DNA of 64,000 nt, taken from positions 360,468,001 to 360,532,000 of the forward strand of contig OZ024743.1 of NCBI GenBank assembly GCA_964016885.1, read 5' to 3'. Origin of the DNA: Eledone cirrhosa (taxonomy: Eukaryota). The first letter of the stretch is position 1; each line of letters starts with the position of its first letter. A program made the position numbers and the translations under genes. Positions 14,774 to 26,719 of the stretch are shown piece after piece. The notes under the pieces were generated by a model. That model did no database searches and had not been told where the DNA came from. It saw nothing but the letters and a program-made list of their open reading frames with translations.

Positions 14774-15411
14774 AGTTGCATTCATCTTGCTTTATGTTCA
14801 TACGAGTTATCACCAAGTCACAACCAGTGACCTCAAGAGAAAACAAGGTCCGCCATGTTCAAGAAAGAACATACATACTCACACATGGATCTTTAGTGTT
14901 TAGACTTGTGATGTACTTATATTGACAGAATCTTCCTTAGTATATGGACAGTTCCCATTAGTACTATCTTTTGTATTTCTCCTATACGCGTGTTTCCTGG
15001 GATTTTCGATAAGTAATCATTAGACCCCTTAGGTATCATTCCCAGAGCGCCTACAACCACTGATATTGTTTTAATTCTCAATTTCCACATTTTTCCAATT
15101 TCTATCTCCAGGTCCTTATACTTGCTCAATTTTTCAAATGTTTTTATAGATACATTCTTGTCTATTGGAACGGACATATCAATTAGCAGGCATACCCTCT
15201 TTTTAAAGTCCTTCAATATTATATCAGGTCTATTTGCATCTATTTTTCGGTCTGTTTGGATGCTAAAGTTCCACAAGATTGAGATGTGATCTTTTTCAAG
15301 TATGGGAGGTGGTTGATGCTCCCACCAATTCTTTTGATGGGGCAGGTCAAAATGCTTACACATTATCCAATGTATGTATTGTGCAGCTCTGTCATGTCTG
15401 TTTAGGTATTC
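14772..15411 (-). mobile_element. R4/Dong element 3' fragment (RLE domain + 3' UTR), copy 1
   Basis: NRPDIILKD..LLIDMSVP..K.SKYKDL; bounded by (ATT)n. Confidence 0.93.
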
Positions 15412-15413
15412 TG

Positions 15414-15449
<36 letters not shown>

Positions 15450-15451
<2 letters not shown>

Positions 15452-15806
15452 AGTTGCATTTATCTTGCTTTATGTTCATACGAGTTATCACCAAGTCACA
15501 ACCAGTGACCTCAAGAGACAACAAGGTCCGCCATGTTCAAGAAAGAACATACATACTCACACATGCATCTTTAGTGTTTAGACTTGTGATGTACTTATAT
15601 TGACAGAATCTTCCTTAGTATATGGGCAGTTCCCATTAGTACTATCTTTTGTATTTCTCCTATACGCGGGTTTCCTGGGATTTGCGATAAGTAATCATTA
15701 GACCCCTTAGGTATCATTCCCAGAGTGCCCACAACCACTGGTATTGTTTTAGTTCTCAATTTCCACATTTTTCCAATTTCTATCTCCAGGTCCTTATACT
15801 TGCTCA

Positions 15807-15810
<4 letters not shown>
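15450..15810 (-). mobile_element. R4/Dong element 3' fragment, copy 2
   Basis: Near-identical to the 3' ends of copies 1 and 3; bounded by (ATT)n. Confidence 0.93.
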
Positions 15811-15849
<39 letters not shown>

Positions 15850-15851
<2 letters not shown>

Positions 15852-18800
15852 AGTTGCATTTATCTTGCTTTATGTTCATACGAGTTATCACCAAGTCACA
15901 ACCAGTGACCTCAAGAGACAACAAGGTCCGCCATGTTCAATGAAGAATATACATACTCACACATGCATCTTTAGTGTTTAGACTTGTGATGTACTTATAT
16001 TGACAGAATCTTCCTTAGTATATGGGCAGTTCCCATTAGTACTATCTTTTGTATTTCTCCTATACACGTGTTTCCTGGGATTTGCGATAAGTAATCATTA
16101 GACCCCTTAGGTATCATTCCCAGAGCGCCTACAACCACTGGTATTGTTTTAGTTCTCAATTTCCACATTTTTCCAATTTCTATCTCCAGGTCCTTATACT
16201 TGCTCAATTTTTCAAACGTTTTTATAGATACATTCTTGTCTATTGGAACAGACATATCAATTAGCAGGCATCCCCTCTTGTTAAAGTCCTTCAATATTAT
16301 ATCAGGTCTATTTGCATCTATTTTTCGGTCTGTTTGGATGCTAAAGTTCCACAAGATTGAGATGTGATCTTTTTCAAGTATGGGAGGTGGTTGATGCTCC
16401 CACCAATTCTTTTGATGGGGCAGGTCAAAATGCTTACACATTATCCAATGTATGTATTGTGCAGCTCTGTCATGCCTGTTTAGGTATTCGGTTGGAGCTA
16501 TAGGATTGTACATTGAAATTATATGGTCAATGGTCTCTGGTTGTTTTTTGCATACACGGCATAATGGGCTGCATCCATTTTTATTACGTTGGCTTGGTAA
16601 TTTTTTGTTGGCAGACACTGATCTTGTGCTGATATAATCAGTCCTTCAGTCTCCGATTTCAGTCCAGAGGATGCCAACCACTGATGGGTTAAAGTTTTGT
16701 CAATATCAGGATTGTTAGCTCGCTCTGGGTATTTTCCATACAGAGGCTTTTCTTGCCATTTCTTAGCCAGTTTCTGTAGCAGTTCTTTCTTTGCAGTTAC
16801 TTTTACCTGCTTTGCTTTTTCTGTGTTTTCCATTTCAGCAGTAAATGGGACTTCTGAAATTTGTAGTCCATTACTGTATCTTTGTGCATCTTTTGTAATG
16901 GAATATGATCTTTTGATGCTTTCGTGTTTCAAAACGAATTTGATCATCCAATCATGTGATTCCCTTAGATATGTAGATAATCCAATTGTTGCAGTTTTCA
17001 ACGCAATGTCTAACTGGATTAACCCACGTCCTCCTTCTTTCCTAGGGAGCTATATTCTATCTATATCTGCCTTAGGGAGATGCATTCTGTACCTGGTTAA
17101 GAATTTTCGAATTTTTGTATCGAGCCTACGGATCACTGTGCTTGACCAGTTGATGACATTGTAACTGTAGGTTACTACTGGTATGGCAAGCGTGTTTATG
17201 GCATCGATCCTATTCCTTGCATTCAATTCCGTTCTTAAGATTGCTCCTACTCTGCGGTAACATTCCTTCCTTATCCTTTCCCTCATTGTCGAGTGCTTGA
17301 TTCCGTCTGCTTCACAAACACCTAGATATTTGTAAGTTTTTTCTTGATCAAGTTCTCTTATCACGTTCCCCCGATCAAGATTAATGTCTGAACTCTTCAG
17401 CAGCTTTCCTCTGGTGAACGTTGCTTTGGCGCATTTATCTAGTCCAAACTCCATTTTAATGTCTTCATCATTTTTTGCAAATAGTTTCAGGTCATCCATG
17501 TAGAACAGGTGATTAATGGTTTTGTCATAGACTTTATATCCATGTTTTGTTTCATTGAGCATTTTACTTAATGGTATAAGTGCGATGCAGAATAAAAGCG
17601 GTGATAAAGGGTCACCCTGAAAAATTCCACAATTAATATTAACTTCTCCAGCTTCCAGTGATTTTGTTTCACTATTCAAAAGGAGTGTCGTTTTCCATGT
17701 CTTCATACTGAATGACAAAAACCTCCTGACAACAAAATCTCTAAACATATCTCAATGCAACTGTGTGGCAAACTATCGAATGCTTTTTTATAATCTATCC
17801 AAGCAATCGATAGATTTTTGTGTCTATTATGACAATCTTCCAGTATCATTTTGTTAACCAGAAGCTGATCCTTACAGCCATATGAGCCTTATTTACACCC
17901 TTTCTGCTCAATGGGAAATAGGTCATTTGTTATCAGGTGGTCATATGTGTATTCAGTTAGGACTGATGTTAAAATTTTATACATTGTGGTCAAGCAAGTT
18001 ATCGGTCTGTAATTTTTGGGATTGTTTGTCTCATCATTCTTCGGAAGCAGGAATGTAATGCCGTTAACTAGCCATGATGGTATCTTTTCTGGCTCCTTAA
18101 CTATTTCATTGTAAAGTTGGGCTAACAGTTCATGAGACTCTGTGAAGGCATTTATCCAAAAGTTTTGTATTTTGTCTTTTTCTGGGGATTTCCATTTGCT
18201 GGTTTTTCTTAGAGCCAAGGGCAACTGTTCAACTGTTATATTTTCCCATATTTGTTCCTCAAGGTGAGCTGTATCTTTCATTTGTCTGTCTGCCCATGGG
18301 GCATGTATGTTATGAACTTTTTCTTCGGCCCAGATCTTTTCCCAGAATTCTTGCACTTCCTCCTTGGGTGGTATTGATTTAGCAGTTATTGTTGACTTAC
18401 CAATTTTTCTGTAGAAGTTTCTTTGGTTGTTTTTGAACATATTATTGACCTTATAGAATCTAGATCGTGTTTCAAAGCGCCTTATACGAGCAGCTTTGGC
18501 CGACACTTTTTGCTTGATTATTTCTATCAGCATGTCTATGTCACATGTTGATTTTATACTGTACTTTTTTTTCAATTTTCTAAGTTTAATTTGTTTAACA
18601 TGTTCACCTACTTTATAGTTTGTTAAAATTTCTATGTCAGATCGGAGAAGGTTTATTTGGCGATTGATGTTCTCTTGCCAAGTAGATTTCTTGTGGGAAT
18701 TCCTTTGTTTTTTCATCTTCACTCCACATAAGTGAGTGGTGACTTTAGCCGATGCATAATAGAGATGATTTAAATCAGTAATGTTTAGTTTGTTTGTGAT

Positions 18801-19175
18801 GATAATGTCTTTGAGAATTATGATAGTCTTGTGTATTATCTTTTGGTTCTGTTTGGAGTTCTTGATCTTAGGGAGGGTGTCTCGTTGCCCCATGTCAGAT
18901 TCTTTCATTTTCATCCATTCGATCATAATTTCATCCTTCAAGTTGGCAAGTTCATTCTCATTCATTTCTTTATTATTTACGATCTCATTATTTTCATTTG
19001 GAGTTTCATCCTGAGCATGCACTCCCTCCACTTTTTCGATCCTTTCTTTAATTTGTTCTGTTGCCAGTGATTCCGCCCCAACCCTGGGGTTCGAAGTGTT
19101 ACAGTTTACCTCGTTTTCACTGACACATGTTTCATTTTCCCTTCGCTGAATTTGTGCTAATAGCTTGATCTGATC

Positions 19176-19177
<2 letters not shown>
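15850..19177 (-). mobile_element. R4/Dong non-LTR retrotransposon (RT, CCHC finger, RLE), 5'-truncated and frameshifted
   Basis: NYRPITCL, EQKGC, GIFQGDPLSPLLF, HLFYMDDLKL, YKYLGV, CRVC...ETIDHI, RPDIIL; (TAA)n on both sides. Confidence 0.95.
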
Positions 19178-19240
<63 letters not shown>

Positions 19241-19248
19241 GTTGTTAT

Positions 19249-22200
19249 TCCTTGAATCTCAGTCATTGATGTTGGTTAACTGGAAAGTCCGTTGGAATGA
19301 ATATCAAGCCACTACCTGCAGCCTCAGATATTCAGGACGTATCGGAGGGTTCTTGCTGTTCCAAGCAAGCATGCCTTTTGAAGCGTTCCAAAAAGCGTGA
19401 AGGGGCCGATTTTCTTTAACCATCCCTGGAAACTTTTGGAGATAGTCCCCAGTGCGCCTATGACAATCGGGATCACTTTGACTTCATGGCAGTTCCAAAT
19501 CCTTTTCACCTCCCACTTTAGGTCCTGGTATCGGTTCTCTCCTTCTCTTGCACTCTCGTGTCGAAAGGGCAGGCCACATCCACAATCAGACACGATCTTT
19601 TTTCTTTGTCCACAACCACCAGGTCAGGTCTATTGTGTTCCAGTTTTTTGTCCGTCTGTATCCTAAAATCCCTCAGCACCTTCACCGGATTGTTCTCCAT
19701 CACCGCCTCTGGCCTATGCTCATACCATTTCTCAGAATGTAGTAAATTGTTTGCTTTGCACAGGTGCCAGTGGATCACCCTGCCCATCACATCGTGTCTC
19801 CCGCCCTTATAGTGGGTCTGGGCTAGGTGTTTACACTCGGACACAATGTGAGCCACAGTCTCCTCTCTCTCTCCACAGATCCTGCACATTGGGCTAGCCT
19901 CCTCCTTGTAGATATGGTGCTTCAACCACTTCGTTTTGAGGGCCTGCTCCTGCGCAGCCATTAGCATTCCTTCTGTAGCCTTTTTGAGGTCTCCTCTTCT
20001 CAACCAGTTCCATGTCTGTGGATCTCTAAATTCAGTTTTCTCAAAGAAGGTACTATGAAGGGATTTTCCCTTAAGGCTGCTCTTCCTCCTTGATGTTATT
20101 TCCTCCTTGGACATCCCCTGGCCTACTGTCCCCTCCTTTAGTACAGTTCTGAGCATTGGCTCCTTACTATAGGTCACGTATTTGTATAGGTTGTTTTTCT
20201 CCATCTGAACACAGTCCTGTATGCTGATAAGACCTCTTCCACCCTCAGATCTCCTTAGGTAGAGTCTATCGACATCACTCCTCTTGTGGAACATGTTGTA
20301 GATAGTCAATAGCTTCCTAGTCTTACTATCCATTTCTTTTTGTTCAGCAACATTCCATCTCAGAATTCCCGCACTGTACCTAATAATAGACACAGCTCGG
20401 GAATTTACTGCGCTTATGGCATTTCTGTTGTTCAGATGTGACTTCAATACGCTCCTTACTTTCCGAATGTATTCAGTTCTTAACAATTCCTTCATGTTTT
20501 TGTTCTTTATGCCATCAGCCTCCAGAACGCCCAAATACTTGTATCCTTCCTCAGAGTCAATTTCCTTTATCATCTCACCTGTTGGTATCTGGATCCCGTT
20601 ACTTCTGCTCAACCTACCCCTCCTCATCACAATGACTCCACATTTACTAATACCAAACTGCATACATATATCACTGCTGAAAATACGGACAGTGTCAACA
20701 AGCACATCCAACTCCTTCTCACTTTTCCCGAAGAGCTTAAGATCGTCCATGAAGAGGAGGTGATTGATGGTAAGCTCTCCCTTTCCCAACTTGTATCCTG
20801 CTCTCACTTTTCGCAGCATAATGGTCAAGGGCATCAGGGCAAGGACAAACAACAGAGGGGACAGGCTATCTCCCTGGAAGATACCTCTCTTGATCTTCAC
20901 GCTTCCCAAGGATACTCCAGTTGATGTCAACTCTGTCTCCCAGGACCCCATGCTCCTGCCCAGCAACTGTGTGATGTCATCTGCCACCCTGAAGATCTCC
21001 AGGCTTTTGGTGATCCAAGAATGAGGCACCATGTCAAATGCCTTTCTGTAGTCTATCCATCCCATGGCAAGATCAGTGTGTCTCCTCCTGCAATTCCCCA
21101 TTACCATCTTATCAATAAGTAACTGGTCCTTTGTACCACGTGACTTCTTTCGGCATCCTTTCTGTTCGTCCGGTAACATGTTGTTTGTGTGGAGGTGATG
21201 GTAGATTTCCTCAGACACAATGCTCGTCAACAGTTTCCACATTACGGACAGACATGTGATAGGTCTATAGTTGGTAACATCATTACCCTTGATTCGGTAT
21301 TTCATTATCAGAACTGTGGTACCTTTTGTCAACCACTCTGGCACCTCACCCGACACCAAGCAGTCATTGAACATGGCCGTCGGCTTCGGGTGGAGGGATG
21401 TTAAATGTTTAATCCAATACTCCTGCACACCATCTGGGCCTGGTGATTTCCAGTTGGTTAGTTTTTTGGCCTGCCCCTTAAGAGTTTCAACTGTGATACT
21501 CAAATCTGTTTGTTGGTGTGCCTACTCACCGATCTCCCTCTGTACTGTCTCAATCCACCCTGCCTGGACATTATTTCTAACATCCTGCTCCCATATTCCT
21601 CTCCAGAATGTTTTAGTTTGCTACGCCCCAGGGATCAAGTCGTTGCCTCTTTCTTTCCCCTCAAGCTGTCCAAACAGCATCTTCAGGTTGTTGTCGAACA
21701 TACGGTTCTGTTTATACTGACTGACTCTGTTCTCGTATCGCCTGATTTTTGCACTCTTTGCTACAATGCGTTGCTTCAGTTCCTCTATGATAATATTTAG
21801 CTTTTTCCTCCTAGTTTTGTACTTTATTTCGAGTCTGTTTTTAGTGCCTATGTTTTTTAGTGTCCCATTCAGTAGTGACTCAAGCTTTCCTATGTCATTT
21901 CTCATTTCCCCGATTTGACCACTCAGTCGTTTCTTCCACTACGGCTCTGCTCTTTCTTGTCTGTTGTTTCCTCTCGCTTTTATACCAAGTAGTTTCCTCA
22001 CCGTATTTGCTGTTGCTTTGAGGATATTGTTGCACTGGTGAAGGCTCCTCGCCTCAAAGTATGGGATGACTTTGTTTACCTTAGCTGTTGTTTCTTTTAA
22101 CTTTTTCCTGTCTACAAATCTTAGGTTCATAGGTCTCCCACTATCATTGTTCAATTCATCTACCACTAAATTTAGGATGTCAAACGAATCTTGTCCTAGC

Positions 22201-22835
22201 CCGTCAGCATTCATCTCCTCAGTGGCCGTATCTCTGTTCCAGGTATTATTTATCTCAGTATTCATATCATTGTCTGCTTCGGGTGGTTCCTCCGTTCTCA
22301 GGACCTCTTCACCTTCATTTCCCACTGGCTCGCTTGTCTGGCATACTACACCCGCCATCTCCAAGCCATTCTCTCTGCTCAGTTCCTCCAGTTCCAGCTC
22401 GCTTATCCACCCATTAGTTCTTATTACCCGAGCCTGCCCGGCCAATTTTTGTTCATCTAATTTAAATAGACCAATCTCGTTCCAGATGTTATGCATCCGT
22501 TTCCTGTAGCCCCTCTCCTTGGGGTTACTTTTCAGGTAACATTGCATAACAGTTCTATTCAATTCTTTCGTCCAGTTGGTTCTGGCCCCTTTCCTTCTTC
22601 TTCTTCCTCCGACATCAGCAGTATTTGGTTGACAGTCAGGTTCCTGCTGCTGAGCCAGGGGGCACCTGTTGGGTGAGAGTCTGTCACATGACGTTCTAGT
22701 CTCCATTTCACCGTTATTCGAACTGTTTATGTTCGATATTTAAACACTCTTATCGAGGATTGGCGAATGTATGGTTACATGGCCATCTGTGGATTCGCCG
22801 TTCCACTTGGCCCGTGTGTGGCATTATCACCACGC
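19249..22835 (-). mobile_element. Second, distinct R4/Dong family element, near full-length
   Basis: ORF from 22706 (WT.E.N..VM.CY...GYRKRM..IW) through KSPGPDG, GIFQGDSLSPLLF, FMDDLKL, CRIC..ETVAHIVSEC, RPDLVV to ~19324; (TAA)n tail. Confidence 0.95.
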
Positions 22836-23783
22836 TGTATACGAACACACATAAACAAACAAACACACAGGCAGAAAGGGCCCCAAAAATGAATAAGCAT
22901 AAGTTTCATTGTAATGTAGTGTTCGAATGTCTCACTTAGTTTTTGTTTTTTTAGTTTTAGTTTTTCCCCCTCTTCTCTGTCCGTCCGCCTGCTTCTCTCT
23001 TCATTCTTATTTTCTTTACGTTTTTTGATTTTTTTTTGTTTTTGTTTTTCTCTGTTTGTTTTTCTCGTTTTTTGCTGTTGTTGCCGTGCTGCTTTGGTTT
23101 TGTTGTTTGTTTTTTCTTTTTTCTTTTGAGTCTATCTATATATTTTGATGCCTTCCTCTTTTTTAATAGTAGGAATTCTATAATGTGGTGGCAGCAGCCA
23201 GCTGGGAGAGTGGTGGAATGGCGGCGGTAGCGATACTGAGACAGTGGTGGTGGTGATGTCGATACCGAGGCAGTGGTGGTGGTGATGTGATCGTATTACT
23301 GTAGTGATGGTGTTGTAGCGGTGGTAGCAGTGAAGGAGTGAAGGAGTGGTGGCGGCGGTGATGGGATAGTGGTTGTAATGATGGGAGTAGTGAGCGGTGG
23401 TGGTGAAATTGCCGTTATCTGGCTGTTGTATTTAGTATACACAGGTGATGTGGTGGGTGGTGTATCTAGTTTCTGGTGTTGGTGAGTTTGGCTGTTCTAT
23501 ATAGTGTAGACAGAGGAGAGGAGGGGGGGTTCTTCTTCCATTTATAGCCATTTTCTTTTTTGGATATACAGTGTACAATACAAAGTTGAATATTTGAATA
23601 GTTGAGCCTTATAACAATATATTTTGGGTCCGAATTTTTTTGGGCTCAAGCCGGGTGCTTTACGTAGCATTTGTACTAAGAGTTGTTATGTCACAAATTA
23701 TTTAAATATGTTAAAAATTCAAAACTTACGGGAGCGATTTCATGACCTCCGCCACCTCGTGCGTCTTCTTCCCTAATTATTAA

Positions 23784-23847
<64 letters not shown>

Positions 23848-23990
23848 GGAGTCTCATTGATGTTATTTAATTGGAAGGTTTGTTCAAATTCATATCAAGC
23901 CGCTAGCTGCATCCTCATATATTCAGTACGTATCGGAGGGTCCTTGCTGTTCCAAGCAAGGATGCCTTTTGAAATGTTCCAAAAAGGTGG
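23848..23990 (-). mobile_element. Short 3' fragment of the second Dong family, next to (ATT)n
   Basis: Similar to 19255-19395 (LLGTARTLRYVLNI-coding end and 3' UTR). Confidence 0.8.
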
Positions 23991-24314
23991 CTGGACTTCC
24001 TTGAAAACTGGCAATCGCTCTGTTTAATCAGCTCCTGATAATTACTGGAATTCTATAAGAATCCAGCTTCTATAATTTTCGACAGAAGCAGAGGAGTGCG
24101 TGGCTCTGATGAACGCCAACCTTCGTGAAACAGACTGTCAGCTTCTCTCTCTTATTTCGCCGAAAAGAAGTAAGTGACATACTCACTAATTTCAAACTGA
24201 TAGCGAATGGTCTTCTAAATGTTTTAAATTAAACATACGGTATATTACCAAATATAGTATACCTACATTCATATCGTCGTGTAGACGCGTTCTTGAGACT
24301 AGTAAAATGAGGTA

Positions 24315-24404
24315 TCCTCTTGATAAGTCGGCAGACCTCGCAAGGACTCTATATCTTTATGATGTATTGTTTTTGTTTATGCCACGAAACTACGTAGTCG
24401 AGGA
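24315..24404 (+). ncRNA. Type I HHR-like motif (U3-A8 core, palindromic stem III); copy at 26378-26470
   Basis: TCCTC-TTGATAA...GAAA-CTACGTAG-TC-GAGGA; TCCTC/GAGGA forms stem I. Confidence 0.65.
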
Positions 24405-24473
24405 ATCTAGGAGCAGTTTAGGTATGATACATTTTATTACTAATTATATCTAAATGTTTCTTCTCTCTTCATA

Positions 24474-24505
<32 letters not shown>

Positions 24506-24511
<6 letters not shown>

Positions 24512-25906
24512 TATTTTGTTTGACCCGTTTAGATTGTTCGCTTTTTTGGCTGAGGTGGTTAATGGCTTCTTAACCATCTTCACAGTTTTGTATGACCTTT
24601 TTAACTTATGTTTATAGCTCTGCTATCTTCATATCCATTGAGCGCTTGTCAACACAATTCGGAAGTTGCGTTTCGCTAATTTCTACCCGCCGAAATGCGA
24701 TTCTCACTAAATTTATATTTGTATTTATCTCCCAAGTCTAGCGATTAACCAGTTATTTTATTTTTTTTTTTTTAGTTAATTGTATTGACTGATTTATCGC
24801 TTAATTTTATTTTATAAACCACTCGGTCGAGAACCTAATTCGTTTTGTGCCATTTTTACAAATGTTTGCAATAACTACACATGCTCAATTCATTGGCCAA
24901 AATAAGGATTTTCTCCCCTTAGAACCTCACATGTGCTTCTATACGCTGTGAGACTCTGGCACACGCAGAACAAAATGCCTGTTGAGAAAGTGATATCCTT
25001 GTTCTATCATTATACCAAAAGCTTATTATTTCTTATAAGCAGACAGTATTATTGATTTAGTTGTCGCAGAAACCCTATATCGGAGTATACCATCTTTCTC
25101 GAGGGTCCGGGTAACTATTTCATATCTTATTTTGTTTGACCCGTTTAGCTTGTTCGCTTTTTTGGCTTAGGTGGTTAATGGCCTCTTAACCATCGTCTCA
25201 GTTTTGTATGACCGTTTTAACTTATGTTTATAGCTCTGGTATCTTCATATCCATTGAGCGCTTGTCAACACAATTCGGAAGTTGCGTTTCGCTAATTTCT
25301 ACTCGCCGAAATGCGATTCTCGCTAAATTTATATTTGTATTAATCTGCCTAGTCTAGCGATTAACCAGTTAATTTTTTTGTTTTTTAAGTTAATTCTATT
25401 GACTGATTCGTTTTCTGCTATTTTTGCAAATTTTTGCAATAACTACACATGCTGAATTCATTAGCCAAAATAGGGGTTTTCTCCCCTTAGAACCTCACAT
25501 GTGCTTTCATACGCTGTGAGATTCTGGCGCACGCAGAACAAAATGCCTGTTGAGAAAGTGATATCCTTGTTCAGTCATTATACAAAAAGCTTATTATTTA
25601 TTATAAGCAGACAGTATTATTGATTTAGGTGTCGCAGAAACCCTATAACGGAGTATACCATCTTGCTCGAGAGTCCGGATCACTATTTCAATCATATCTT
25701 ATTTTGTTTGACCCGTTTAATTGTCCGCTTTTTTGGCTTAGGTGGTTAATGGGTTCTTAACCATCGTCTCAGGTTTGTATGACCTTTTTAACATTTGTTT
25801 ATAGCTCTGGTATCTTCATAACCATTGAGCGCTTGTGAACACAACTCGGAAGTTGCGTTTCGCCAATTTCTACCCGCCGAAATGCGATTCTCGCTAAATT
25901 TATATT

Positions 25907-25910
<4 letters not shown>
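24506..25910. repeat. Tandem repeat, ~570-620 bp unit x2.4, between (TA)n tracts
   Basis: ATATCTTATTTTGTTTGACCCGTTTA at ~24506, 25122 and 25694. Confidence 0.92.
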
Positions 25911-25940
<30 letters not shown>

Positions 25941-25945
<5 letters not shown>

Positions 25946-26543
25946 CATTATAAAGAGAGAAGAAACATTAGATATAATTAATAAGATATATCATACCCAA
26001 ATTCCTTGACAGCGGTCAAGAAACAGAGCTAAGCCTCTTACAAGCATGAACAAAATACCACGTTGGCGGAGGCGGTACTTATATCAAAGCCGTAGAATGT
26101 ATATGTATGTGTCCGCATGTATCTGTGTGTTTCTGTATATTGTTTATAACTCCCTTTGGTAGAGTAACCATTGAAGTGTAGTGACTTCTCGCCATCCTAG
26201 CCACCTCTTCTACGGCGTTGATATAAGAACTCCCTCCGCCTCCGTGGTATTTTTGTCATGGTTGTAAGAGGCTTATCTCTGTTTCCTGACCGCTGTATCA
26301 CGTGATTGACTCCCCTTCCGCCTTTCGGGATTCTATCTCGCGTCCTATGGATGTGCTATGAAACTCTTAATGAGGCATCCTCTTGATAAGTCGGCCGACC
26401 TCACAAAAATTCTATATCTCTGTTTTGTAGTGTTTTTGCATAATATACCACGAAACTACGTAGTCGAGGAGTAATAAAGGAATTTGGGTATGGTATATCT
26501 TATTAAATATATCTAATGTTTCTTCTCTCATTATAATGTATTA
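25941..26543. repeat. Imperfect fold-back element (probable PLE terminus) containing an HHR motif
   Basis: 25941-26007 is the reverse complement of ~26477-26543; 26008-26098 is the reverse complement of ~26208-26298. Confidence 0.8.
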
Positions 26544-26719
26544 TATAGCTCTGATACTGAATCAATCTAATCCATTCGGATTATTTTGTCCCAGTTATTC
26601 ATAGAGCAACATCGGTTGAGGTTGGCACCACTAATTCAAGGATATATGTGGTTGTATTCATGTATATATGTGTCCGCGTGTATGTGTGTTTCTGTATATT
26701 GTGTATATATATATATATA

